From positions 1 to 25,434 of IMG/VR virus record IMGVR_UViG_3300017540_000017: a stretch of 25,434 nt of DNA; one strand, given 5' to 3'. This document shows positions 7,811-15,135 of the stretch, piece by piece (the stretch's first letter is position 1; each line of letters begins with the position of its first letter). This stretch comes from a virus (taxonomy: Duplodnaviria > Caudoviricetes). The notes beneath the pieces were generated by a model. That model saw only the letters and a program-made list of their open reading frames with translations, made no database searches and was not told where the DNA came from. The position numbers and the translations under genes are program-made.

Positions 7811-8731
7811 TCATTCGGCCGCCTCCGCGAAGAGGTCACCGAAGACACCCGAGGCCTCTGCATCGATCAGGTTCTTGATCGCCTGTCGAAAATAGGCCGG
7901 GTTGAGCTCTGTACCGATGAACTTGCGGCCTTCCTCGATCGATACAACGCCCTCAGACCCGATACCCATAAAGGGGGAATAGACGACATCGCCCCGGTTC
8001 GACCACATGCGCAGCGCGCGCCGCGTGATGTTAAGCGGCATTGGGCAAAGGTGCTTCTCGTCTTTGTCGCTACGAGCAACCTTGACGTTCAGCACGTCCG
8101 TCTCAGGAAGGTCTTGGCGCGGATAGTTCCACACCGGTGAGGCGTATTGCTGCCACTCTTCGACGGGGAAGGTTTCCTTGGTGTGGGTAACCGGTCGGAT
8201 TTCCTCACCATCACTCGCCCACTTGCGGAACACGAGTAAATACTCTGGCAATCCCATGCGGGAGAAAGTGGAGTCGGCGCGTAGGGTCTTCCAAAGCAGA
8301 CCGTGCGCCTTCGTCTTTTGCATCTCGCGAACGGGATCGCGCCAGATCGTGATCCTGGAATGGAAGTCCCATCCCTCTTCGATGTGGAGCCGAGTGCAAT
8401 CATCAGAGAAGGGCCGGAGCCCCGCCGTGCCTCGCTCACTGGAGTTCTGATAATAAACGAGATCCTTGACGTGAATAGCCGTCAGGCGCCCCGGGCGCGT
8501 TGCACGAAATTTCTCGCGGACAAGGAACCGGTATTGTTCAAAGAATTCATCATCCGACGCGCAGTTGCCCATGTCAGCGACGCTCTCGCTGTAGATGTAC
8601 AGCGAGGAGAACGGCGGCGAGTAGACGCTGAAATCTATACTGTTGGCAGGCAGAGCCGCGGTGAACGGCACGCAGTCAGCGCAATAAGCATTGAAGCTTC
8701 GGCCTGCGGCCTGGTCGATGACATTCGTCAC
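7811..8731 (-). CDS. DNA N4-cytosine/N6-adenine methyltransferase, beta class
   Basis: Motif IV SPPF precedes motif I PFMGIGS; HLCP motif; GTG start overlaps the helicase stop. Confidence 0.92.
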   Translation of the reverse strand: MTNVIDQAAGRSFNAYCADCVPFTAALPANSIDFSVYSPPFSSLYIYSESVADMGNCASDDEFFEQYRFLVREKFRATRPGRLTAIHVKDLVYYQNSSERGTAGLRPFSDDCTRLHIEEGWDFHSRITIWRDPVREMQKTKAHGLLWKTLRADSTFSRMGLPEYLLVFRKWASDGEEIRPVTHTKETFPVEEWQQYASPVWNYPRQDLPETDVLNVKVARSDKDEKHLCPMPLNITRRALRMWSNRGDVVYSPFMGIGSEGVVSIEEGRKFIGTELNPAYFRQAIKNLIDAEASGVFGDLFAEAAE

Positions 8732-10110
8732 GCGGCTTCCCCCCTCATCCATACGGGCAACTGCATGGGCTGCGTTGGCTGGTAATCGATCTTGATCTGC
8801 CGGCTCTCGTGGGCGCGGCGCATGGCGGCGTACATCTCCGCCTTCATCGCTTCGTGATCGGCGCTTTTGCGCATCACCACGTCCCAGATGTTGCGCTCCG
8901 TGTCAGCCATCGCAATATGGCATTCAACTTCGCGCGACTGACCGAAGCGCCAGCAGCGACGGACCGCCTGGTAGAACTGCTCGTAGGAAAAGGAGAGGCC
9001 GACAAACGCCACACGGGCGCAGTGTTGCCAATTAAGGCCGAAGCCGGCCACCGAAGGCTTGCTTACAATGATGCGCAGACTGCAGTCGGAGAAAGCGACG
9101 AGACGTTCCTCCTTCATGGCGTCCGGCATCGAACCGCGAACCTCGACCGCATCGGGAATACGCTCGGTCAGCGCATCGGCCTCATAGTCGGTGTCGCACC
9201 AGATCACCCAAGCCTCATTCGGCTCGGCTGAGACGATTTCGGCAATCCTCTCTGCCCGCTGGTCGGCCGTCAGTCTTTTCTCGCGATGAATCGACGTTGC
9301 CGAAGTTTCGGGGATACGAAATAGCGTTTCATCTGCGCCTATTGAGATGTCGGCCGCGACCACATGCCGATGGATGTTCAGCTTTGGGAGGATGAAGCCC
9401 TCATCGGTAAACCCGAGATCCGACGGTTTGGATATGCAGCGTGACCAGCTCGCCACCCAATTCCAGAACGGTTTTACCGCGTGCCCCTTGAGACGATACC
9501 GCCCCATATTCGTCTGGTCAGCAATGAACCAGCGCGACAGCATCTCATTCGATGGCATTACGCCCAAAAATTGGGAATGCTGTCCGAGCTCCATATGATC
9601 GTTTGGCGCCGGCGTGGCCGTGCACGCGAGCCGGAACGGTGTTTGCGCGAACATCGATATGAGCTTACGCGAGGTCGCGCCGGTGAAGTTCTTGATGATG
9701 GAACTCTCGTCCAGTATCACGCCGCCGAATGCGTACGGGTCGAAATTGTCCACCTTGGCGTAATTTGTGACGTTCACCCCGGGGCCGATCTCGGATTGAT
9801 TACGCACAACGCGCGCTTCCAGGCCGAACTTCTTCGCTTCGCGCACATGCTGCGGCGCGACGGCGAGAGGAGCGAGCATTAGTACAGGCTTCCCGGTATG
9901 CTCGGAGACAACCCTGCCCCACTCCAGAGACACCAGAGACTTGCCGAGTCCGGTATCAAGGAATGCGGCACCGGAACCGACAGAGAGAAGAAATTCAGTG
10001 ACGGCGCGCTGGTACCCGAACATGCCGTCGTGGAGCGGCGGGATACTCGTCAGGCCCCGCTTAGGTGCCTCTACGGCTCGGCGGCGGAGAAGCTCGAGAT
10101 AGTCTTGCAT
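8728..10110 (-). CDS. SF2 (SNF2-related) helicase
   Basis: DTGLGKS, LDESS, TATP, GLNWQ, QAVRRCWRFGQ. Confidence 0.92.
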   Translation of the reverse strand: MQDYLELLRRRAVEAPKRGLTSIPPLHDGMFGYQRAVTEFLLSVGSGAAFLDTGLGKSLVSLEWGRVVSEHTGKPVLMLAPLAVAPQHVREAKKFGLEARVVRNQSEIGPGVNVTNYAKVDNFDPYAFGGVILDESSIIKNFTGATSRKLISMFAQTPFRLACTATPAPNDHMELGQHSQFLGVMPSNEMLSRWFIADQTNMGRYRLKGHAVKPFWNWVASWSRCISKPSDLGFTDEGFILPKLNIHRHVVAADISIGADETLFRIPETSATSIHREKRLTADQRAERIAEIVSAEPNEAWVIWCDTDYEADALTERIPDAVEVRGSMPDAMKEERLVAFSDCSLRIIVSKPSVAGFGLNWQHCARVAFVGLSFSYEQFYQAVRRCWRFGQSREVECHIAMADTERNIWDVVMRKSADHEAMKAEMYAAMRRAHESRQIKIDYQPTQPMQLPVWMRGEAA

Positions 10111-10111
10111 A

Positions 10112-10204
10112 TCACCCTGCCCCCACCAGAACGGCGACGAAGCCGACGATCGCCGGGATCGCCATGGCCCAAATCACCAGCATCCATTTTGCTTGAACGG
10201 ACAT
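10112..10204 (-). CDS. 30-aa single-TM peptide (not in ORF track)
   Basis: MSVQAKWMLVIWAMAIPAIVGFVAVLVGAG fills the gap between two operon genes. Confidence 0.55.
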   Translation of the reverse strand: MSVQAKWMLVIWAMAIPAIVGFVAVLVGAG

Positions 10205-10212
10205 GATTGCGC

Positions 10213-10743
10213 TTACTCGGCGGCTTCGGGGAAAGGCTCGTCTGCGGTCTCATCCGCCTTCATGGCGTTCCGCTTTTCCATCGCGGCCTGGAGCTCTTCG
10301 CGCATGATGCGCTGACCCTCGTGCCAGCCTTTCATCCAGGCTTGGCCCTGCTTGCTATCGGCTCCGTAAGGCGGCTCGGGGTTCTTGCCGGCCAGGCCCG
10401 CGACCTTGCCTTCATCGAAACAGCGCTCGTCGGCAGGGCGCCGGTCGGGGAACAGATCGCCTTGCTCACCGGGTGGCAGAGCGTTGAAGGCCTTAGCAAT
10501 CTCGATCAGCTCCTTGATCTCGGCCACGAAGATGGACGTGTCTTCCATCGTGGAGAGCCGGATCGCCGCATCGATCTCGGAAAGCTTGAAGCCGTCGCCC
10601 TTAGCTTCGGCACGGATCTGTTTCCGGCGTTCTCGGAGCGGCTGCATTTCCTCCTCAAGCTCAAGCAGCCGGCGCACATGGTGCATGCGCAAGGCGCTCT
10701 TCTGCTCAGGTGTCAACTCGCTGTTGTGGCCGATATCAGTCAT
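10213..10743 (-). CDS. GapR/DUF2312-like protein with a C-terminal RMF-like motif
   Basis: RLLELEEE...RKQIRAEAKGDGF.....AIRL (GapR-like); EG..AG..GK....PY.......W.KGW.EG (RMF-like). Confidence 0.7.
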   Translation of the reverse strand: MTDIGHNSELTPEQKSALRMHHVRRLLELEEEMQPLRERRKQIRAEAKGDGFKLSEIDAAIRLSTMEDTSIFVAEIKELIEIAKAFNALPPGEQGDLFPDRRPADERCFDEGKVAGLAGKNPEPPYGADSKQGQAWMKGWHEGQRIMREELQAAMEKRNAMKADETADEPFPEAAE

Positions 10744-11180
10744 GTTGCGTCCTTTCGGCTCGGAAAATCAGCATCGCGCCCCAGGCCTGAAAGCGGCCGC
10801 CCAAGGCGATCAATTTCTGCCCGGTAAAGATCAGGATCGATCGCCCGAAGCTTCGCGGCGAGGACGGCGTTTTTCTGCTGCGCGATGAAGAGCTCATGTT
10901 TGGCACGGGTCAGGCTTCCCTCGTTGTGCTGGTGAACGGCCTCGCGCACGGTGTCTGCGATGTCCGCTGGAATTCGTTTGATCTTCTTCCAGCGAAGCCG
11001 CTCGATGATGGTTTGCTTGAGCCCGGTGGCGCGGGCCGCCCTCCAGTTCTGTTCTTTGGCTGTCCCCGTGCCGCCCAGCAGGCGGACGGCAGACGCCATC
11101 TCATCGGCAATCAACTCAGCACGCATGATTTCCGTCTCGCGCCGTGAGATTTCCGTGGCGCGCCCCTGATTTTCCGTCAT
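10740..11180 (-). CDS. Putative CII-like transcription regulator
   Basis: HTH-like RAARATGL....IERLRW; located downstream of cro; start at ATG 11180. Confidence 0.6.
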   Translation of the reverse strand: MTENQGRATEISRRETEIMRAELIADEMASAVRLLGGTGTAKEQNWRAARATGLKQTIIERLRWKKIKRIPADIADTVREAVHQHNEGSLTRAKHELFIAQQKNAVLAAKLRAIDPDLYRAEIDRLGRPLSGLGRDADFPSRKDAT

Positions 11181-11370
11181 TTGGAATTTCTCGCTCGCTA
11201 TCTTCGTGACGGTCGAAGACGGCGACTGAGCCAGCGCCGTGCTGGCCAACGAGCCGAAGCGGCTTGATTTCGAATGGAAGGAAAGGAACGACGAATGAAC
11301 CGATCGGAGAACCACCAAGTCCGTAAATCGGTGCAGCTATCGTTTGATTTTGCGGACGCGAGCGGGGCAT
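11116..11370 (-). CDS. Possible small hypothetical or linker ORF
   Basis: TGATG coupling to the upstream gene; overlaps the start of the CII-like gene. Confidence 0.3.
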   Translation of the reverse strand: MPRSRPQNQTIAAPIYGLGGSPIGSFVVPFLPFEIKPLRLVGQHGAGSVAVFDRHEDSEREIPNDGKSGARHGNLTARDGNHAC

Positions 11371-11558
11371 CAAACACCCCCTCGCCGCGCCGCGTCCTCG
11401 GGCGAAACCCGAGGAAGGAATTCATCTGGAATCCGGACTGGCGCCCCTTCTCGACCGGCATGATGCCAATGATGCCGAAGCGTGGCGCAGGCATAGCCCG
11501 CAAGCCAGCCAATGGCAGATCCAACCAGCGCGCTTAGGAGGATGGCTAATGCCGTCAT
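11370..11558 (-). CDS. Small membrane protein (62 aa)
   Basis: Hydrophobic N-terminus; ATGA overlap; GGAG SD. Confidence 0.65.
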   Translation of the reverse strand: MTALAILLSALVGSAIGWLAGYACATLRHHWHHAGREGAPVRIPDEFLPRVSPEDAARRGGV

Positions 11559-12265
11559 GCGTCGACACTCCTCAGGAATGTCGGGAGACCTTCCGCGGCG
11601 CGCAGCTCATCAACGAACCTGATAACCTTAGCCCAAGTCAGCATCCTTGGCCGGCCGCGGCCGCCGGAGATCTTGTTCTTCCCCTGCCAACCGCTGAGCG
11701 TGTAACCTCGCTCTTCGAGGAACTTCTCTATCGAATAGCGATCCGTTGCCTCCCCAGCATCGAACCGACGCACGCCGTTTCTGGCTATGAATTCCTCTAT
11801 GAGCTTCTGCTCATTGCTGATGACGTGGAGAGCTGCATTGTCGTCTGGCTGCGGTTCACGCTGCCAATGCCGGCGTGTTTCGCCCCTGAACACTGCGGAA
11901 GCCCTTACCGTGGCATTCCGGCCAACGCTGCTGTGTCGCTTTTCGGCGTTCTTGTTGCCGGTTCCCGGCGTTATCAAACGGATGCCGAGCCGATTTGCTC
12001 TGCCGAGGATGGAATTTCGGCTTCTGTCGAGCCTCGCTCCGATTTCGCTGCCGGTGCGCCCCTCTGCAGCCATCTCGGCAAGGATTCGGTCTTCCTCTGC
12101 CGTCCACGATACCCGCGCCGGCCGGGCTTTATCACAGTGCTGGCGAGCCCCGTATTGAGACCTGCCATCCCCCCTGCCGGCCGGCTGGCCCTGGATCAAG
12201 GTGGGCGTTCTCTCACTACTGGCCGCAACATGGCGGCGGTCATGCACCAGAGCGTCTGAATTCAT
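11555..12265 (-). CDS. GcrA-like HTH (Myb-like) regulator
   Basis: WTAEEDRILAEM..EG.TGSEIGARL.RSRNSILGRANRLG; ATG 12265 overlaps the upstream stop. Confidence 0.75.
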   Translation of the reverse strand: MNSDALVHDRRHVAASSERTPTLIQGQPAGRGDGRSQYGARQHCDKARPARVSWTAEEDRILAEMAAEGRTGSEIGARLDRSRNSILGRANRLGIRLITPGTGNKNAEKRHSSVGRNATVRASAVFRGETRRHWQREPQPDDNAALHVISNEQKLIEEFIARNGVRRFDAGEATDRYSIEKFLEERGYTLSGWQGKNKISGGRGRPRMLTWAKVIRFVDELRAAEGLPTFLRSVDA

Positions 12266-12450
12266 GCTGCCCACCACACGATGGCGACGAGCCAGAAAGC
12301 GGCGCAGCCGAGACACACCACGCGCCAGGCCCACTGGCTTCTTGTTTCGGGATAGAAATCCTGGGGAGACGGGGAGGAGTTCGCCTCCCCAGGACGCGGC
12401 ACCACGCAAAGGGGGCTAGCGCGGTGATAGGTGTTGCCGCCGCCCCTCAT
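12262..12450 (-). CDS. Small protein with a C-terminal TM helix (62 aa)
   Basis: ATGA overlaps with cro and with the GcrA-like gene; WAWRVVCLGCAAFWLVAIVWWAA. Confidence 0.6.
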   Translation of the reverse strand: MRGGGNTYHRASPLCVVPRPGEANSSPSPQDFYPETRSQWAWRVVCLGCAAFWLVAIVWWAA

Positions 12451-12689
12451 ACGGCAGGCTCCGGCATGTGGAAGAAATCGGCAGGAGAAAGGGCGACGTC
12501 GTTTTCGCGCGCCCACGACAGGAGCTTTTGAGCATCGCCAGGGGGAATAATGCCACCCGTCCCTCCCCGCTCTTGCGGGTACATCCAACGATACACGCGT
12601 GAGACATGCTTGCCGGTAATCTCGGCAACCTTCTCGACGCCAATTTTGGCGATCACAGACCGGGCGGGTTCGAGGTGTTCGGGCTTCAT
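12447..12689 (-). CDS. cro: Cro-like repressor
   Basis: 80-aa HTH VEKVAEITGKHVSRVYRW...GGTGGIIP, divergent from cI. Confidence 0.88.
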   Translation of the reverse strand: MKPEHLEPARSVIAKIGVEKVAEITGKHVSRVYRWMYPQERGGTGGIIPPGDAQKLLSWARENDVALSPADFFHMPEPAV

Positions 12690-12691
12690 AA

Positions 12692-12781
12692 CCGCAATAT
12701 TTGCGATTATCGCGAGTTTATGTCAAGCGAATTTTGCGATCTTCGCGATAGCGATTTTTGCGGCTTTCGCGATTATCGCGG
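12692..12781. promoter_or_regulatory. OR-like operator cluster and cro promoter
   Basis: TTGCGATTATCGCGA 12701-12715, TTGCGATCTTCGCGA 12734-12748, TCGCGATTATCGCGG 12767-12781; minus-strand CTTGACA at 12727-12721. Confidence 0.85.
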
Positions 12782-12782
12782 T

Positions 12783-13463
12783 ATGAGTGATCCACAAAGA
12801 GAAATCCGCCTCTGGTTGCAGGAGGAATTGGCGCAGCGGCCGCACGGCACCAAGGGGCTTCTGGCGAAGTTCTTGGGTGTTCGGCCGGATGCGATTACGC
12901 GCATGGCGAATACGGATCCTCACAAGGAGACAAGGGAGATCCGCGCGCACGAGCTCGTTAAGATGCGCGAATTCTTTCAGGAGGCAGAGAAACAACACGC
13001 GGATATTAGTGTCGTTCCAGTGATGGGCTATCTAGGTGCTGGCGCAGAAGTAGAGCCTGAATACGAGCAGGTTCCCCCTGAAGGGCTCGACCAGATCCAG
13101 ATCCCGTTCCAGATGCCCGACGACATGATCGCCTTCAAAGTTCGCGGCGAGTCAATGCTGCCCGTCTACAAGGATGGTGCCGTCATCATCACCTATCGCG
13201 AGCAAAAGAAGCCGCTGCAAGCGTTCTATGGCGAAGAGGCCGCGGTACGCACCTCTGACGGCCGGCGCTTCATTAAGACCATCATGCGCGGCCAGGACGA
13301 TACCGTAAACCTGCTTTCCCACAACGCGAGCCCGATCGAGGGTGTGCGGTTGGAGTGGATCGGCGAGATATTCGCGGTCATCCCACCAGGCGCACTCCGA
13401 AGTGTCGGAAAAAGCGTTGAGAAGGAAGGCGGGATCCAGGGTCAGTTGAAACTGAGAGCCTAG
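12783..13463 (+). CDS. cI: CI-like repressor (HTH plus S24 autocleavage peptidase)
   Basis: N-terminal HTH (LAKFLGVRPDAITRM), GAG cleavage region, VRGESM (Ser), FIKT (Lys); start at ATG 12783, no SD. Confidence 0.92.
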   Translation: MSDPQREIRLWLQEELAQRPHGTKGLLAKFLGVRPDAITRMANTDPHKETREIRAHELVKMREFFQEAEKQHADISVVPVMGYLGAGAEVEPEYEQVPPEGLDQIQIPFQMPDDMIAFKVRGESMLPVYKDGAVIITYREQKKPLQAFYGEEAAVRTSDGRRFIKTIMRGQDDTVNLLSHNASPIEGVRLEWIGEIFAVIPPGALRSVGKSVEKEGGIQGQLKLRA

Positions 13464-13493
13464 TCTAGGGAGCATTGGACAGTGCCAACGTTT

Positions 13494-13522
13494 TTGAAAT
13501 GTTCTCAAATTGTGCTATCAAT
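13494..13522 (+). promoter_or_regulatory. Putative promoter with a near-consensus alphaproteobacterial LexA box
   Basis: TTGAAA...TATCAAT surrounding GTTC-N7-GTGC (13501-13515). Confidence 0.45.
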
Positions 13523-13558
13523 ACCATACAGTACCAACTTAGACGCTGAGGTGACAAC

Positions 13559-14062
13559 GTGACTGATACGCTGGTTGCGCCTGATTATGTTCGCGTCAAA
13601 CAGGCGGTTAGGGATATCCACGAGAGGTTTGGAATCACCACCCCGCCAGTGAACCCGGTCGAGATCGCGCGCAACCTTGGCACTAAGGTGCTTTTTGCTA
13701 GATTCGCCGAGGGGTTTGGGAACATCTCTGGTTTCTACGACTGCGATGACAATACCATTTACGTCAATCATGACGAGTTCCCCTTACGGCAGACATTCAC
13801 GGTAGCTCACGAACTGGGCCATAAGGTGCTTCATGCTGAGTGGGCCAAATCGTCTGACTACAAAATGTTAATGCGCGATTCAGATTACTCCGGCAGCGAG
13901 CCGCATGAGAAAGAGGCAAACGCGTTTGCGGCACACCTCCTTGTGCCAAGATTTTTGCTCGATCAGTATTGGAGAGGCAATTCTATCGAAGCATTGTCCC
14001 GACTGTTCGCGGTTTCCGTGCCCGTAATTAAAAACAGGCTTTCGATCGAGTATGGCGTCTGA
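13559..14062 (+). CDS. ImmA/IrrE family metallo-endopeptidase (no HTH)
   Basis: RQTFTVAHELGH (HExxH) and EKEANAFAAHLLVP. Confidence 0.92.
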   Translation: MTDTLVAPDYVRVKQAVRDIHERFGITTPPVNPVEIARNLGTKVLFARFAEGFGNISGFYDCDDNTIYVNHDEFPLRQTFTVAHELGHKVLHAEWAKSSDYKMLMRDSDYSGSEPHEKEANAFAAHLLVPRFLLDQYWRGNSIEALSRLFAVSVPVIKNRLSIEYGV

Positions 14063-14438
14063 CAGATCGGCCGCTAAGGGCGCCATCGAGGAAAGCAGCC
14101 CTGACGATCCTGAGTTAGACGCTGCGTTATCGTCGGGACATGATCTTCAACTGAAGCTGGCGCAGGAGCAGAACCGCCACACAGAAGCCATGCATAAGGC
14201 GGACATCGGTTTTTTGGGGCGGGCCTTTGGCGGCGAGAAATCTGCACCGACATACATTGCGTTTATCGCGATGGTGGCGGGCTTGGCTGGCGCCACATTC
14301 TGCTGGATGCAGGCAGTCGGTACTGCTGAGAATCCCATCTCGATAGAGACAGCTGAATTCTGGTCCAAGCAAGCTGAGCGTGCCCTATCGTTTGGGGCAG
14401 CAGCACTCGCATTTATCTTCGGCAGAGGCGCCAAGTGA
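14052..14438 (+). CDS. Two-TM membrane protein
   Basis: Acidic N-terminus then two hydrophobic segments; overlaps the peptidase gene by 11 bp. Confidence 0.8.
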   Translation: MASDRSAAKGAIEESSPDDPELDAALSSGHDLQLKLAQEQNRHTEAMHKADIGFLGRAFGGEKSAPTYIAFIAMVAGLAGATFCWMQAVGTAENPISIETAEFWSKQAERALSFGAAALAFIFGRGAK

Positions 14439-14896
14439 GGCTGCCTTTTTTGACTTTCATTAATAGACCTCCAAAAGGATGGTCCTGTGAAGGCCACCCT
14501 GCCCTGCCTCGCTCCTGGGCGGGACCAAGCATCCGTGAAGCCAATTTGAACCGACAGGTAGTTTTGTTTTCCCGGACCCTACCGGGCTGTGACGGCATCC
14601 TCGCACTGGTCAGGTGGTCTAAGGGTACACGCCGTCCAACTCGTCTTCACATCAGTCCTGTCGTTATCCCGCGGCTTGCAAGGCCATTCTCGGGCGGGCC
14701 ATCAACCCCGTCTGGCTTCGTCCGGCGATTCGCGGCACCGGCACCGTTTGGACAATTCATGCACCGGATGATCGGCGTGGCGGGGCAATCGTCCGTGAAG
14801 ACCGCCGCTTTGGCACCTTGACCGCTTCATCTTGCCGGGAACCTCCGAGCAGACACAAGATTTTGCGATTTCAGTGCCGAGAGGCAGCAATTTCGA

Positions 14897-14925
14897 TTGC
14901 ATCCGCAGTTACGTAACGGTATAAC
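14897..14925 (+). promoter_or_regulatory. Sigma70-type promoter
   Basis: TTGCAT-N17-TATAAC; palindrome GTTACGTAAC in the spacer. Confidence 0.65.
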
Positions 14926-14930
14926 AATCA

Positions 14931-14987
14931 CGACTTTGTTGCCGCGCTCTCGCCCCGGTCGGATCATCCCGCCGGGGCTCTTCTTTT
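14931..14987 (+). ncRNA. Candidate ~55-nt small RNA
   Basis: Strong promoter immediately followed by an intrinsic terminator with no ORF between. Confidence 0.5.
14952..14987 (+). terminator. Rho-independent terminator
   Basis: GCCCCGG...CCGGGGC stem followed by TCTTCTTTT. Confidence 0.8.
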
Positions 14988-15017
14988 CGCGCAATCGCAA
15001 ATGCTCGTCAACAAAAT

Positions 15018-15069
15018 TTGCGATCTTCGCGATTTTCTTCTTGACTGATTTTGCGATTATCGCGAATAT
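15018..15069 (+). promoter_or_regulatory. OL-like operators and PL-like promoter
   Basis: TTGCGATCTTCGCGA 15018-15032 and TTGCGATTATCGCGA 15051-15065, identical to the OR sites; CTTGAC at 15040-15045. Confidence 0.85.
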
Positions 15070-15135
15070 CTCCCCATCAACACCGCCGGCACGAAGAAGC
15101 GACCGCCGATCTGCCGGGAACTGATGGGGATGAAG

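Larger units (their letters stand above)
7224..7814 (-). other. Antisense 'bridge' ORF (196 codons) coupling methyltransferase to ruvC-like gene across two DUF982 genes
   Basis: GGAGG SD plus ATGA overlap with the MTase stop; ends in ATGCTGA overlapping the ruvC-like start. Confidence 0.45.

Noticed and set aside
12606-12782. N-terminal extension of cI in the ORF track
   Set aside because: It overlaps cro and the operators; the real start is most likely ATG 12783.
14435-14821. 128-aa ORF overlapping the 2-TM gene stop
   Set aside because: Pro/Arg/Gly-rich with no recognisable fold; the region is better explained as structured RNA, though translation cannot be excluded.
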